Shown here piece after piece: positions 12,985 to 25,511 of a stretch of DNA of 64,000 nucleotides. Below the pieces are notes generated by a model, which was given only the letters and a program-made list of their open reading frames with translations, ran no database searches and was not told the origin of the DNA. Both the position numbers and the translations under genes were made by a program. The DNA is from Malacoraja senta (Eukaryota): NCBI GenBank assembly GCA_038087875.1, contig CM075988.1:22136001-22200000 (forward strand). Reading direction: 5' to 3'. The first letter of the stretch is position 1; every line of letters starts with the position of its first letter.

Positions 12985-14838
12985 GTAACTAATCTGTAAA
13001 CATAAACATGGCGATGCACGGTCCTCTTTAATAGGTGACCTTCTTACGTAGGATGTTGCCAGAACTCGAGGGCATGGCCTAGAGGGAGAGGTTGGTCGGG
13101 CTATGACTTTATTCCTTGGAGCCCAAGAGCTGAGGTGTATACCTATCGAGGTGTATAAAGATTGTGAGGGGGATAGATAGGGTTATTGCACAGAGCTTTT
13201 TTTCCCCTTGAGGGAAAAACTAGAGGATAAAGGTGTAAGAGTAATAGAAACCTGAGGGGCAACTTATTCTCTCAAAGGTTGTGGGGTATATGGAACTGGC
13301 TACAGGGGAGGTGGTTGAGGCAGGCACCAAACCTGCATTTAAAAGACCATTGGACAACTACACGACTAGGAAAGGTTCAGAGTGATATGCGGGCAAATGT
13401 GACTCGCTTAAATGGGGCATCTTGGTCGACGTGAACTTGTTGGGCTGAAGGGCCTATATTCGCGCTGTATGATTCTAGGCTGGTCTGAATGTTTTTAACT
13501 TTAAGTTATAGTTTCAAAGGTCAGCTGGACAATTTGGATAAGTAACTAAATCTAGAATATAAAGTCAGTATTGGTAATTAAGACTATGAAGCTATATCAG
13601 TGCTGACAAACCTCCTTTGTTCACTGTTGCTCTTCAAGGAAGTAAATCAATCATCCTTGCCATGTTGTTGGCTCTCAATTTCCCACTAAAATGACCCAAT
13701 AAACTACTCAACATGGACAGAGAAAACAGGGACATGAGTAGGCCAATTGGCTCCTTAAGCCTGCTCTGAATGGCCTCAATACTATCCATCCCTTCTCTCT
13801 TCCAACACTCGTTGCCTCCTTTGTAGTTCAAATTTCTGTCCAATTCTGCTTTGAATCTATTTTAGCGATGCATCTCCAGAGAGCTCTGTGGTAGTGAATT
13901 GCAAAGAGCCACGAACCTCTGAGAGAAGAAATTCTTCCTCCTCTCCAACCTGAAATGAATGACTTTGTATCTTGAAACAATCAATATCTGTGGTTATTGT
14001 ACCCACCCTCAAGGATGTTCTTATCATCCTCTCCATCTGTCCCTTTCAGAACCTGGTGTGTTTCAGTAAGATTGCCTCATTCTTCCAAACGCCCATGAAT
14101 GTATGTGTAACCTCTCCTCATACACCAATCCCTTGGTTTTACGATGACTAGGCAACCTTCTTTAGACCTTAGAGATACTTCTATGCAATGCCTCCAATGT
14201 ATATACATAATTCCTGAAATATGGGGACCAAACTTATATGGGATATTCCAAGTGTAGTCTTGCCAGCTCACTGTAATGTTGCATCAAAACTCCCTATTTA
14301 TTTAATTCCGTAGCTCTTGCAATAGAGTTCTAACTTCCCACAGTTACATTTTAGGCTACATTTTATTTGTGTTTCTCTTTGCGCTGTTGCAAACCAAAGT
14401 AAAAATAATTTGACAGTCCTGGGTTAAGATTTTAAAGACATGAACTCAACTCAAAGCTGCCAATTCACCGATTGATTAAAAAGTGGGGGGATGTTACAGA
14501 TCTTCTGCAAGGAAAATATGGAGAGAAACCACAGGATCATCATTTAAAATAATCAATTTTGCCAAACAATTGGAAAATGAATAGGTGTCGGAAGAAATTG
14601 CAGATGCTGGTTTGCACTGAAGATAGATGCAAAAAGCTGGAGTAACTCAGCGGGTCAGGCAGCATCTCTGGAGAAAAGGAATAGGTGGCGTTTCAGGTCA
14701 AGACCCTTCTTCAGACTGAGAGTCAAGGGAGAGGGAAACAAGAGACAGAAGGTGTATGGAACAAATGAATGTGCAGAAGGTGATACAAAGTGAAGTTTAC
14801 TCATTGAAAATTTAAAGCACGGGTTTTGTTATTTACAG

Positions 14839-14949
14839 GTACAGAAGAAGAATTTTGTAGAAAACATCATTCCTATTGTATCATCTCTGAAGAGTCAACT
14901 AGAGCAGAAGCACATCCCAGCGCTGAAGGATCTCATGCAGTACTTGCAA
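14839..14949 (+). CDS. NCAPD3: NCAPD3 exon: [37 protein letters not shown]
   Basis: tttacag|GTA ... CAA|gtaaga; 111 nt. Confidence 0.95.
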
Positions 14950-15886
14950 GTAAGAGTTGTCTGTCAGTTATTGTTCTTTGAGACATCTATGGAAGTTAAA
15001 AATATACAGCCATAATAATTAGATTGATTTTATTAACACCAGTTTACTCATGTAAGGTTTAATTCTTGGAAAGACAAATGAATGTAATTATGATCCAAAT
15101 TATATTTTAAGCTTGAACTCGTCCTTACTTCCTCTAACAGGGTTTTTAAAAAAGCATGTAGTTTCCAGTTGAAATGGCGAGAACTTAAAGGAATTAGTCC
15201 CTCTAGTATCCTCCTGCATGTGGTGATCTAACTCAGCAATTTTAATAATTTAATGATGTTGCATGCCACAAACGCGACCACGGTTTTTGGCACCAGCTGC
15301 AGGCTTTTTTTTTTCCCCAACGCTTGGTTAGCCGAGCTACTGAAGGGAATTGATAACAGACTGATGTAGCGTTTAAATATTTGTCTTGATTACATTCCTT
15401 GCAATTCAGGAAGAGCAGGAGTGATTTCTTTACCCAGTCCTCTCCTTCCACAGCTTCCAAAGTTCATCAGTTTCCTCTTACTGGGGTTTGCGGCCCCAGG
15501 TTAAGTAATCAATAAAACTGGGACGTTGACCACGGGTTTTATTACACTCTCGTTCTTCAATGCATCAGCACCATTGGCTCTGTAGATCAGCAGGTAGCCT
15601 ATTCTTTAGGACTTGATTTAGTGCAGAATAGCAGCGGTAGTAGTTATAAACCAGGGTGCAAATGGGTTCAATTCAAGTTTATTTTGCCACCTTAGGGATT
15701 AAAAAACAAAGACAACTGTAAGTATTCCTCATGGGTCATTGCAAACACACATGGGCACAAAATGCTGGAGTAACTCAGCGGGTCAGCCAGCGTCTCTTTC
15801 TTCACCTGGTATACATTGGGTCTGCAGCTGAATACCAGCTCCCTGGAGTTTTGCCCGTAATATTATATTCATTTATTTTTCCCTAG

Positions 15887-16036
15887 GAAGTGATGCAGGA
15901 TTATCGGAATGAGATCAAGGAACTTTTTGCTGCTGATCGGCAGCTGGCGGCTGAGTTGGAGTATGATCTTAAAAAATATGAAGAGCAGGTTGCTGGGGAG
16001 GAGGGGACGGAGTGTGTGACAGTGGGTGCAGCTGTG
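15887..16036 (+). CDS. NCAPD3: NCAPD3 exon: [34 protein letters not shown]...GAAV
   Basis: ccctag|GAA ... GTG|gtatgt; 150 nt. Confidence 0.93.
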
Positions 16037-16321
16037 GTATGTGTTCACCTATTTATTGATTTTTTAATTTATTTTATTATTGATTGCACTCCCATTGAAC
16101 ATCAGTGGATTGATTTAATGTCTTGCACAGTCGTACAGCGTGGGAAACAGGCCCTTTGGCCCAACTTGCCCATGCTGTCCAAGATCCCCAATCTACACTA
16201 GTCCCACCTGCCCGTCTTTGGCTCTTATCCTTGTAAACCCTTCCTATCCATGTATATGTCCAATTGCTTTTTGAATAGTTTGTTAAACATCTTGTACACA
16301 TCCATGGAACACATGGATAGC

Positions 16322-16612
16322 AGATGGCACAGTGGTGCAGCGGTAGGGTTGCTCCCTTATAGCACCAGAGACCCGGGTTCAATCCTGAATACGGATGCTG
16401 TTAATGCAGAGTTTGTATATTCTCCCCATGACCTGCGTGGAATTTCTCCGGGAGCTCTGGTTTCCTCCTGCATTCCAACGATGTACAGGTTGGGAGGTTA
16501 ATTGGCTTGGTAAAATTGTAAATTGTCCCTAGTAGTGTAGGATAGTGTGAGTATTTGCTGGCCCGCGCGGACTGGTGGGCCAAAGAGCCTGTTTCCACGC
16601 TGTATCTCTGAA
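16322..16612 (+). mobile_element. HE1-type SINE
   Basis: Family consensus. Confidence 0.85.
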
Positions 16613-16920
16613 CAAGTTAATTTGACATTATAGCGCACTTCTATATGAGAAAACTTTGAAATTAAGCCATCAACCTTTGTTAATAAATAATGTTATAATA
16701 ATTTATAAGATGGTGCCAGAGGGTAACGGCTCAATGTGTGTTGGTCCCAGAAGAAGATTCACTATGGCTGTAACACTGCATTCTGCACTATTAATTTTTC
16801 TCTTTGTACTATCTGTTGTAACTGCTTATGGTTTGATGCACGGGTATGGTTTGACTGGATAGCACATTAAACAGTTTTTCACTGTCTTAGTACATGTAAC
16901 AATAATATGTCAATACTTTA

Positions 16921-17225
16921 AGGGTGGCGCAGCGGTAGAGTTGCTGCCTCACAGCGCCAGAGACCCAGGTTCGATCCTGACTGCGGGTACTGTCTGTACG
17001 AAGTCTGTACTTTCTCCCCGTGACTTGTGTGGGTTTTCTCTGGGTGTTCCAGTTTCCTCCCACACTCCAAAGACGTACAGGTTTGTAGGTCAATTGGCTT
17101 CTGTAAAATTGTAAAATTATTGTATGGGGTATAGGATAGTGTTTGTGTGCGGGGATTGCTGGTCGGCACGGACTCGGTGGGCTGAAGGGCCTGTTTCCGC
17201 ACTGTATCTCCAAATTAAACTAAAC
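16921..17225 (+). mobile_element. HE1-type SINE
   Basis: Full head-core-tail. Confidence 0.88.
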
Positions 17226-17360
17226 CAACAATTTTATAACTTTGACAAGTTAGTTATGTACGCGCTCGGATGTTCCAAGGTTTTCCCTTGAGGATCTGTG
17301 ATTTTATATTCGGTGATTATTGCAGTCCATAATTTTACTTTTTTTTGTCTTTTTTTTAAG

Positions 17361-17518
17361 TTATCACCAAGGGCTTCACCCTCTGTGCGCTCTGCTGTAC
17401 CTATTGGAACTGAAGCACTCTCTCCTGGTACCCGAGTAGTCCAGCTTACACCCCCACAGTTTGGTATTCCTATTTCTACATCCAGAGCACTGCTTACGCC
17501 CAGGCTCACAAAGCACAG
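17361..17518 (+). CDS. NCAPD3: NCAPD3 exon (S/T/P-rich tail): LSPRASPSVRS...LLTPRLTKH(R)
   Basis: long poly-T tract, aag|TTA ... CAG|gtacaa; 158 nt; phases 0/2 fit both neighbours; low sequence conservation. Confidence 0.82.
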
Positions 17519-18788
17519 GTACAAAAACTAAACTATCTTTGCAGTTTGCACTCCAGTACTGTGTCTTTAGAGTATCATTGAATTTCTAATGAAAATCTGT
17601 CATTAATATTTGCATAGTGAATCTGATACAATCAAGATTGGCTGTTTCTTAAAAATGATGTCTTTGGGTTTTAGTTGTAAATCAATATTGATTCCTTGAT
17701 CGCCATTCCCATATACAGCAAACACTTGGAATAATGGGCCGCTATATAGCTGATTTAGGTTATAGTGTACCAGGTGTCCCGTTGCACCCCTCCCCAGTGG
17801 CGGGAACTTCTGGTTGTGGGAGCGGAGAGAACGAGCAGCACCGCGTATGGGACCAACCGGCTCCCCGACCACTGAATTACCGCTTGTTTAAACACCAACA
17901 CCCTATTTCTTCCCCCCCCCCCCCCCCCCCAACGCATTGTTTCTCCCCTCCTGGCCTTGGGTTAAGCTTTACCTCCCACCCCTCACTCAGTTGTAGTGGA
18001 CTATCGGCAATAACGGACAACAGCCCCCCTCCATGGTCCGTTATTGCGAAGGTTTACAAGAGTTTTATTAACTGGGGCCATGGTATGTTACATACTCCAG
18101 CTGAATGTTCTTCTAAACCTGCACTGAATCCGTAACTACTGACTGTCAGTAATCAAACGCCAACAAATACAAATGCTGGATTTTGCGATGTTTGATGTGC
18201 ATTTCAGTACACAACTGCAAATGTTTTATTGCACATACACTTCATTGCTATTTGCTTTTATGAAATCATATAGTAAGTCATAACCTTTTTCCCCAGGGTG
18301 GTAATATCAAAGACTAGAGAGCAACGCTTTAAGGTTAGGTGGGGTAGATTAATAGAGATGTCCAGGCAGGTTTTTTTTGCGCAGAGAGTGTTAGGTTTGT
18401 GGAATGCACTGCCACTGGTAATGGAAGCAGATGTGATTGAGGCTTTTTGAGAGGCGCCTGGTTATGCGGCGAATGGAGAGATATGGATCGCACGCAGGCA
18501 GATGAGATTAGTTTAACTTGGCATCATCTTTAGCATGGACAACGTGGACTGATAAGCCTTTCCGTGCTGTTCTATGTAAGAGAAAGTTAACATTTCAATT
18601 TCACGTGGGCAAATAATTCTTGACTGTATTAAACGCTCAAAACAAAAAGAAGAAAATCTAGTAAAAGGCTGGCGTAGAAAGGAATCAGAGTTTTGGGCTA
18701 ATTTCTCCTCAGTCATATAGGCATTTCTAAGATCATTGAAGCACTAAGAAAGAAAAATAATTAAGCTATTGGCATTTATAATCCACAG

Positions 18789-18934
18789 ATCCTTGTCTTT
18801 GAGTACTATGGCTATTCTAAACTCTGCAAAGAAGGCGGTAGAAATGAGCCAGAAAAGAAAAACCACTGGGTCTGTATTACCGGGTTCCACCTTGAGGGGG
18901 AGCAGATCGACTCACAAGTATCCTGATACTGCAG
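18789..18934 (+). CDS. NCAPD3: NCAPD3 exon: SLSLSTMAILNSAKKAVE...HKYPDTA
   Basis: ccacag|A ... GCAG|gtgggg; 146 nt; matches recalled human MSLSTIAILNSVKKAVE. Confidence 0.88.
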
Positions 18935-19061
18935 GTGGGGCAATGTATGATGAGGTTTTTATTAGTCCTCCTGGTTTCCGATTGTTCCCCAGCCTACTCT
19001 GCATGGACATAAATGAAGCATTACATTTGTGCACAATGCTAACCATAAAAGACCGGGGAGC

Positions 19062-19236
19062 TAGACAAAAGTACTGGAGAAACTCAGCAGGTGCAGCAGC
19101 ATCTATGGAGCGAAGGAAATAGGCAACGTATCGCGCCGAAACGTTGCCTATTTCCTTCGCTCCATAGATGCTGCTGCACCCGCTGAGTTTCTCCAGTACT
19201 TTTGTCTACCTTCGATTTTCCAGCATCTGCAGTTCC
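19062..19236. mobile_element. PLE terminal-repeat foldback element (72-bp arms)
   Basis: Near-perfect inverted repeat, 19062-19133 versus 19137-19208. Confidence 0.85.
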
Positions 19237-19810
19237 TGCAGCGTTTACACAACAAACCTCGGCAGTACATTCAACATGCTTGTCTCCATAAGCTGGGCCG
19301 CAGTGTGTAAGAGTTGGGATGTCATTTTGCGTTCGAACAAAGGAATGGTCAGACAACACTTAGTATTGTGTACTATGCTGCTTAGAGCACCACTGGAAGG
19401 TTGTGGTCGCAATAGACAGAGAGTTCAGAAGAGATTCTCTCAGATGTTCAACACGAAAGGCTGGAGTAACTCAGTGGGTCAGACAGCATCTCTGGAGATA
19501 AAGAATATGTGCCTTCTTCAGACTGAGTATCAGGGGAAAGGGAAACGAGAGGTATAGACAGTCATATGGAGAGATATAAACAAATGAATGAGAGATATGC
19601 AAAAAAGTAACAATGATAAAGGAAACAAACCATTGTTAGGTGTGGACTAGGTGAAAACGTGTTACAGGACAATAAGACTCAACAAGATGACTTTGAAGCG
19701 ACCATTTGGGTGGGGGAGGGACAGACCAGGATGTTGCCTGGAATAAAGTGCTGGATGTATGAGGAGAGTTTGGATAGGCTGGGTTTATTCTCATTGAAAT
19801 ATAGGAAGCC

Positions 19811-21119
19811 TATAAAAGCATATTGCTTTGATCTCCAATAGTTAATAACCCTTCGTTTAATCCCTCTATTACAGGCAAATCTTTTATACAATGGGATAGA
19901 CTAGGAATTAAAACGTACGGTGACTTGTATGAAACTGGAAAATTATTATCATTCCAACAATTACAAATATAATATAAACTGGGAAATAATCAATATTTTA
20001 AATATTTTCAAATATGTGACTATTTGAAAAAATATACAAAAGGTCATTATAATATCCCAGCAGATGTATTGGATGAAGCAATGCAGATAAAAGCCGAATC
20101 GGCAAACTTAATATCATATTTGTATAATATTATCTTAAATGTAGAAATACCATCTACGGAAGGCATTAGAAGAGACTGGGAACAAGAATTAGCTATTAAA
20201 ATCTCAAAGGAAAGGTGGAATGAACATTTATTAAACGTGCATAAATGTTCGATTAATGTAAGACACACTTTAATACAATTTAAAATTTTACATAGATTAT
20301 ATTATTCAAAAACTAATATTAATAAAATGTTCCCAAATGTATCATCCATTTGTGATAAATGTCAATCTCAAGAAGCTACTATAGCGCACTCATTTGTTTT
20401 TTGTACAAAAATTCAAAAATTTTGGATTGAAATTTTTGAAATCTTTACAAAATTATTTAAAATAAAACTGATACCAAAAGCGGAATGGATTATCTTCGGA
20501 ACAACGGAAGATAGTCCTGAACTAAATGTGTTTCAAAAGAAATTAATAGATTACGGGTTAATAACTGGAAAAAAGTTAATCCTAAAATTCTGGAAAAACG
20601 CTCCAATACCAACTATAAACATGTGGATTTCAAATATGTTTGAAACATTACACCTAGAAGAGATAAGACTCCTCCTGGCAGGTAAACCAGATCACTTCCA
20701 CCTGACGTGGTCTGCATTTATAGAATTATTACAAGTATAGGGTGCAAAAGTACTTTAAAAAAACAAACTGAGGTTAGGTAAAGGGGGATGAAAGCTGGAG
20801 AGTTGTTATATTCCATTTGCGTGATGCTTATAACAAAGTATTTGTTCTCTTTTTTCCTCTTTCTCTTTTTTTTCTTCTTTAGGGTCTATCTCTTAATCCT
20901 TTCTTTTTAATTTCTTTTCTACAGGGTCTCTGTTCTTTCTTGTTGTCACGTTTTTACACCTTCACTATTTTCCTTCACTTTCTCTTTTTTCTTAATCTCA
21001 ACCTTTCCTTTTTATCAGTGTAAAAAATGACGGAGTACATTAATTGTAATAAGATATACGTGATGAGTACTAATGTAATTGGTTGTAATGTAATATACTT
21101 CTAATAAATAAAAATATAT
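19811..21119 (+). mobile_element. 5'-truncated L1/Tx1-clade LINE with 12-bp TSD
   Basis: 238-aa ORF2 C-terminus with CDKC-x8-H-x4-C; A-rich tail; atataggaagcc at 19799-19810 and 21120-21131. Confidence 0.88.
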
Positions 21120-21147
21120 ATATAGGAAGCCAAAGAGTAACCTTATG

Positions 21148-21998
21148 GACAATAGGTGCAGGAATTGGCCGTTCGGCCCGTCGAGCCAGCACCGTCATTC
21201 AATATGATCATGGCTGATCATCCACAATCAGTACCCCGTTCCTGCCTTTTCGCCATATAGAAACATAGAAAATAGGTGCAGGAGTAGGCCATTCGGCCCT
21301 TCGAGCCTGCACAGCCATTCGATATGATCATGGCTGATCATCCAACTCAGTATCCCATCCCTGCCTTCTCTCCATACTCTCTGATCCCTTTAGCCACAAG
21401 GGCCACATCTAACTCCCTCTTAAATATAGCCAATGAACTGGCCTCAACTACCTTCTGTGGCAGAGAATTCCACAGATTCACCACTCTCTGTGTAAAAAAT
21501 GATTTTCTCATCTCGGTCCTAAAATACTTCCCTCTTATCCTTAAACTGTGACCCCTAGTTCTGGACTTCCCCAACATCGGGAATAATCTTCCTGCATCTA
21601 GCCTGTCCAACCCCTTAAGAATTTTGTAAGTTTCTATAAGATCCCCCCTCAATCTTCTAAATTCTAGCGTGTACAAGCCGAGTCTATCCAGTCTTTCTTC
21701 ATATGAAAGTCCTGCCATCCCAGGCATCAGTCTGGTGAACCTTCTCTGTACTCCCTCAATAGCAAGAATGTCCTTCCTCAAATTTGGAGACCAAAACTGC
21801 ACACAATACTCCAGGTGTGGTCTCACTAGGGCCCTGTACAACTGCAGAAGGACCTCTTTGCTCCTATACTCAACTCCTCTTGTTATGAAGGCCAACATGC
21901 CATTCGCTTTCTTCACTGCCTGCTATACCTGCATGCTTACTTTCAGTGACTGATGAACAAGGATCCCCAGATCTCGTTGTACTTCAACTTGACACCAT
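21148..21998 (-). mobile_element. CR1-type LINE 3' portion plus a second CR1 tail
   Basis: 189-aa ORF ([15 protein letters not shown]...SRTRGHSLRI...VVNLWNSLP). Confidence 0.9.
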
Positions 21999-22807
21999 TC
22001 ATATAATTTGTGGGGCATAGATAGGATGGTCATTCATTTTCCCAGAACAGGGGAATGTAAAACTAAAAGGTGTTTGGGAGGAGAGAAACTTAAATGAGAT
22101 GTGAGGAAAGCTTTTCACCTAAGTATTTTCACATGTAGCCAATATCGAGATGAGCACTGGGATAGTCAAGGCATATCTAGCGCTGATAAATGGAGATAGA
22201 TACTTAATGGTGAGCATAGGCATGATGGACTGAAGGGCCTGTTTTTTTTACTGTATGATTCTGTGACTTTATGGGTCATACATTCTTCAGGCTGCAAGCT
22301 GATGGGTTATAACACGCTTAGATCTAGCAAACAAATAAGATAAATGAGACCATCTTTAAAGCATTGATGGGACAAAACTTTGAAAGAGAAGATATCAGCT
22401 GTTGCAAGACAGCAAAAGCACGATGATTAGTGTTATTCCAATGGTATTGAAGTGACTTCCTTGTCTATTGTAACTTTTTATTGTTCTGTACGATTTTCTG
22501 GTGATGCTGTCTGACCCACTAAGCTGCTCCAGCATTTTGTGTCTATCCTCTTTGATGATATTGAATACTAAAACAGAGCTATTTGCTACCGTTGGTGGCT
22601 GAAGCTGGCATCTGGTGGGCAAAGAAATCTGAAATAAACGGGGGCATTTTAGTTCAGTAAGTCGGCTGATTTCTGCAATGCAGGGTGATGTTTGGGCGGA
22701 GTTGGAAAAGTACACTAAATAATTGGTATACGCCGTTGATCCGAGTACCATATCTGGGCAATGAACTGTTGTGTCGCATCAATGTTTAACCAGCACTCTC
22801 TGTATAG

Positions 22808-22897
22808 TTTCATTGCAGAGCTTGAAGGAGCATGCAGCGTCTGAGAGTACATCGACCAATGCCTCAATGACTGAACGAGCCATCAGCACTCCAGACC
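22808..22897 (+). CDS. NCAPD3: NCAPD3 exon: (V)SLQSLKEHAASESTSTNASMTERAISTPD
   Basis: tgtatag|TT ... GACC|gtaagt; 90 nt; RAISTP motif. Confidence 0.88.
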
Positions 22898-22974
22898 GTA
22901 AGTAATCTGCCAGGATGGAATGAAATATTGGAAGCAAAGAAGAACTCTTTGCCATGGCCTCTCATCACAAAAGA

Positions 22975-23230
22975 CCCTAGTTCCATCCTGATTACGGGTG
23001 CTGTCTGTACGGAGTTTGTACGTTCTCCCCGTGACCTGCGTGGGTTTTCCCCGGGTGCTCCGGTTTTCCTCCCACATTTTAGAGACGTGCAGGTTTGTAG
23101 GTAAATTGGCTTCGGTAAAGATTGTAAATTGTCCCAAGTGTTTAGGATAGTGTTAGTGTATGGGGATCGGTGGTCGGCGCGGACTTGTTGGGCTGAAGTG
23201 CCGGTTTCTGCACTGTATCTCTAAACTAAG
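22975..23230 (+). mobile_element. HE1-type SINE
   Basis: Family consensus. Confidence 0.82.
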
Positions 23231-23899
23231 CAGGAGCTCAGATTGGTTAAACGATGTTCTTTGGGGAGGGGGGCCTTGCCATTTGGTCTGTACGTGACTC
23301 TGTGTGTGTCAGTATGTGAGAGAGAGAGAGGTTCTTCTTTAGTACGGGTGTCAGGGGTTATGGGGAGAAGGCAGGAGAATGGGGTTAAGAGGAATAGATA
23401 GATCAGCCATGATTGATTGGTGGACCGAATGGCCTAATTCTGCACCTATCAGTTAGGACTCCAAGACACCAGAATGGTTGACTCTTAAATGTTCTGTGAA
23501 ATGGCCTAGTAGGTGGCGTGGTTCAAGAGCAACTAGGATAGGCAGTGATGCTGAGAGAAATGAATAATTCACACTAAAAAGTAACACCTACTATCAATGC
23601 CAGCCAGACACATATTTATAAAACTAACCCTGAATTCAGAATTGGATTGTGATTTATTTTCGGATGCATGCTACAGCTGCAAAACTTGTTACATTTTCTA
23701 ATGATGCTCCAAATAACATTTGGCTCCATTCTGTTTGTGCACAAGAAATGAGCAGCTGTTTACCTAATGTATCTGGTTTCAAAATTGGTTTAAGGTAGAA
23801 AATAAAGAGCAACACTTCAGCGGTTGTTGATTGGGTTTGGATTGAAGTCTCTTCTTCAGCAGGTAAATTGGATTGAAGAGAAGCTGTGAGACATCAGGG

Positions 23900-24540
23900 C
23901 AGTCGATATGTCAACAAGACCAATTGCAGGCTTGGCAATCGATTCGCTGAACACCTCCACTCAGTCCGCCTAAAACTAACTGATCGGCCGATTGCTAAAC
24001 ACTTTAACTCCCCCTCCCATTCCCACACTGACCTTTCTGTCCTGGGCTTTCTCCATTGTCAGCGTGAGGCCCAGCGCAAATTGGAGGAACAGCACCTCAT
24101 ATTTTGCTTGGGCAGCTCGCACCCCAGCAGTATGAATATTGACTTCTCTAACTTCAAGTAACCCTTGCTTTCCCTCTCTCTCCATTGCTCCACCTGCCCA
24201 GTTCTCCGACTAGTCTTACTGTCTCCGACCACATTTTATCTCTGTTTTGTTATTACCTTTTCCCACCTAACAGTGATCTATTGTACATTTTCCTTGATTT
24301 CCATTCCCTTTGTCGTATTTTCACACCTAACATTTCCTTATCTATGTATCTCCCTCTCCCCTGACTGTCTGAAGAAGGGTCTCGACCCGAAATATGTGCC
24401 TTTTCCCGAAACGTCACGGGCCTCGACCCGAAACGTCGCCTAATCTTTTTCTCCAGAGATGCTGTCTGACCCGCTGAATTACTCCAGCTTTATGTTCCTA
24501 TCTTCGGTTTAAACCATCATCTGCAGTTCCTTCCTGTACA
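23900..24540 (+). mobile_element. Penelope-like element 3' end: GIY-YIG endonuclease C-terminus, pyrimidine-rich UTR, hammerhead-like core and terminal repeat
   Basis: Peptide RLGNRFAEHLHSVR...IAKHFN...RKLEEQHLIFCLGS..P.SMN is typical of PLE endonucleases; ctgaagaagggtctcgacccgaaa at 24369. Confidence 0.85.
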
Positions 24541-24674
24541 GTTAGGGGCAGGAGTTGGCCACAATCCCTCAAACCTATCCTGCTGTGGAATACAATTACG
24601 GATGACCTGAAACCCTCACAACTCTGCGTTCCCACCTACCTGGCGCTCTTTCACCTCCATGCCCTCTCCCAACC

Positions 24675-25040
24675 TCAAAAAGGTAGCCAGCATTGTCAAA
24701 GACCCACACCACCCTGGCCACACTCTTGTTTCACTCCCACCATTGGGAAGAGAGTACAGGAGGCTGTAAACTGTGACATCCAGGTTAGGAACAGCTTCCA
24801 TGCAACCATCAAGCTCTTGAACACAACACTACAAACGCCAACCAAATTACAAACTGTCTTGGTTACACTAGAGACTTCGTTGTTTAACATTAATTTGTTG
24901 TTTTTTTATTTATTGAATTTCTATTTGTTGTTTGCTTTTACTATGATATCTGATGAATGCTGTGTATACAGAACTGTGGTGCTGCTACATGTAAGAATTT
25001 CATTGTTCCGTTTCAGTACATATGATAATTAAACACTCTT
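24675..25040 (+). mobile_element. Rex1/Babar-type LINE 3' end
   Basis: Homologous to 4608-5020 (IVKDPHHPGH...; aagaatttcattg...atgataat tail). Confidence 0.75.
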
Positions 25041-25090
25041 GAATAACTACAATATTTATGTAACTTTTAATTGATCTGTTTTCCTTTCAG

Positions 25091-25165
25091 GAACAATTGG
25101 TAATGTGACCTTTGGTGCAGGAGTTAGCTACATTAGTATAACTCAAACCCCAACATCTGAAAACG
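25091..25165 (+). CDS. NCAPD3: NCAPD3 exon: (R)TIGNVTFGAGVSYISITQTPTSEN
   Basis: cctttcag|GA ... AACG|gtaag; 75 nt. Confidence 0.93.
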
Positions 25166-25511
25166 GTAAGTTGCAATGTGTTTAACTGTGTGTTAACGTG
25201 TAAACTCATGATTATTACTTGCACATTTTTTTTCGTTCCTTTTGTAATTTGGGCTTTTCCAATTGCAATGTGGAGTTGCTTGATTTAATAACTTGAATAC
25301 AAATGATTCACAGTTGGGTAAGAGGGACTTGGTGGTTCCTTTGTGTGTATGTCTCGTGTTTGAGAATGACTTGCTTCCACTCCAGTTCTGTGGATCTGAG
25401 GTGGCTGGTGAGGCATCTGCTCACCAGTATCAGGCAGGGAAGGACATCCACCGTGCTTGCCCTGCATTGACCAACATGCATCTTCAGACCCATCAATGTG
25501 ATTGACCCTGA

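Noticed and set aside
16921..16990. tRNA genes at SINE heads
   Set aside because: The A/B boxes continue into SINE core and tail; no complete cloverleaf is evident.
17765..17880. Possible Helitron-like or other GC-rich insert
   Set aside because: No clear termini or TSD could be established by eye.
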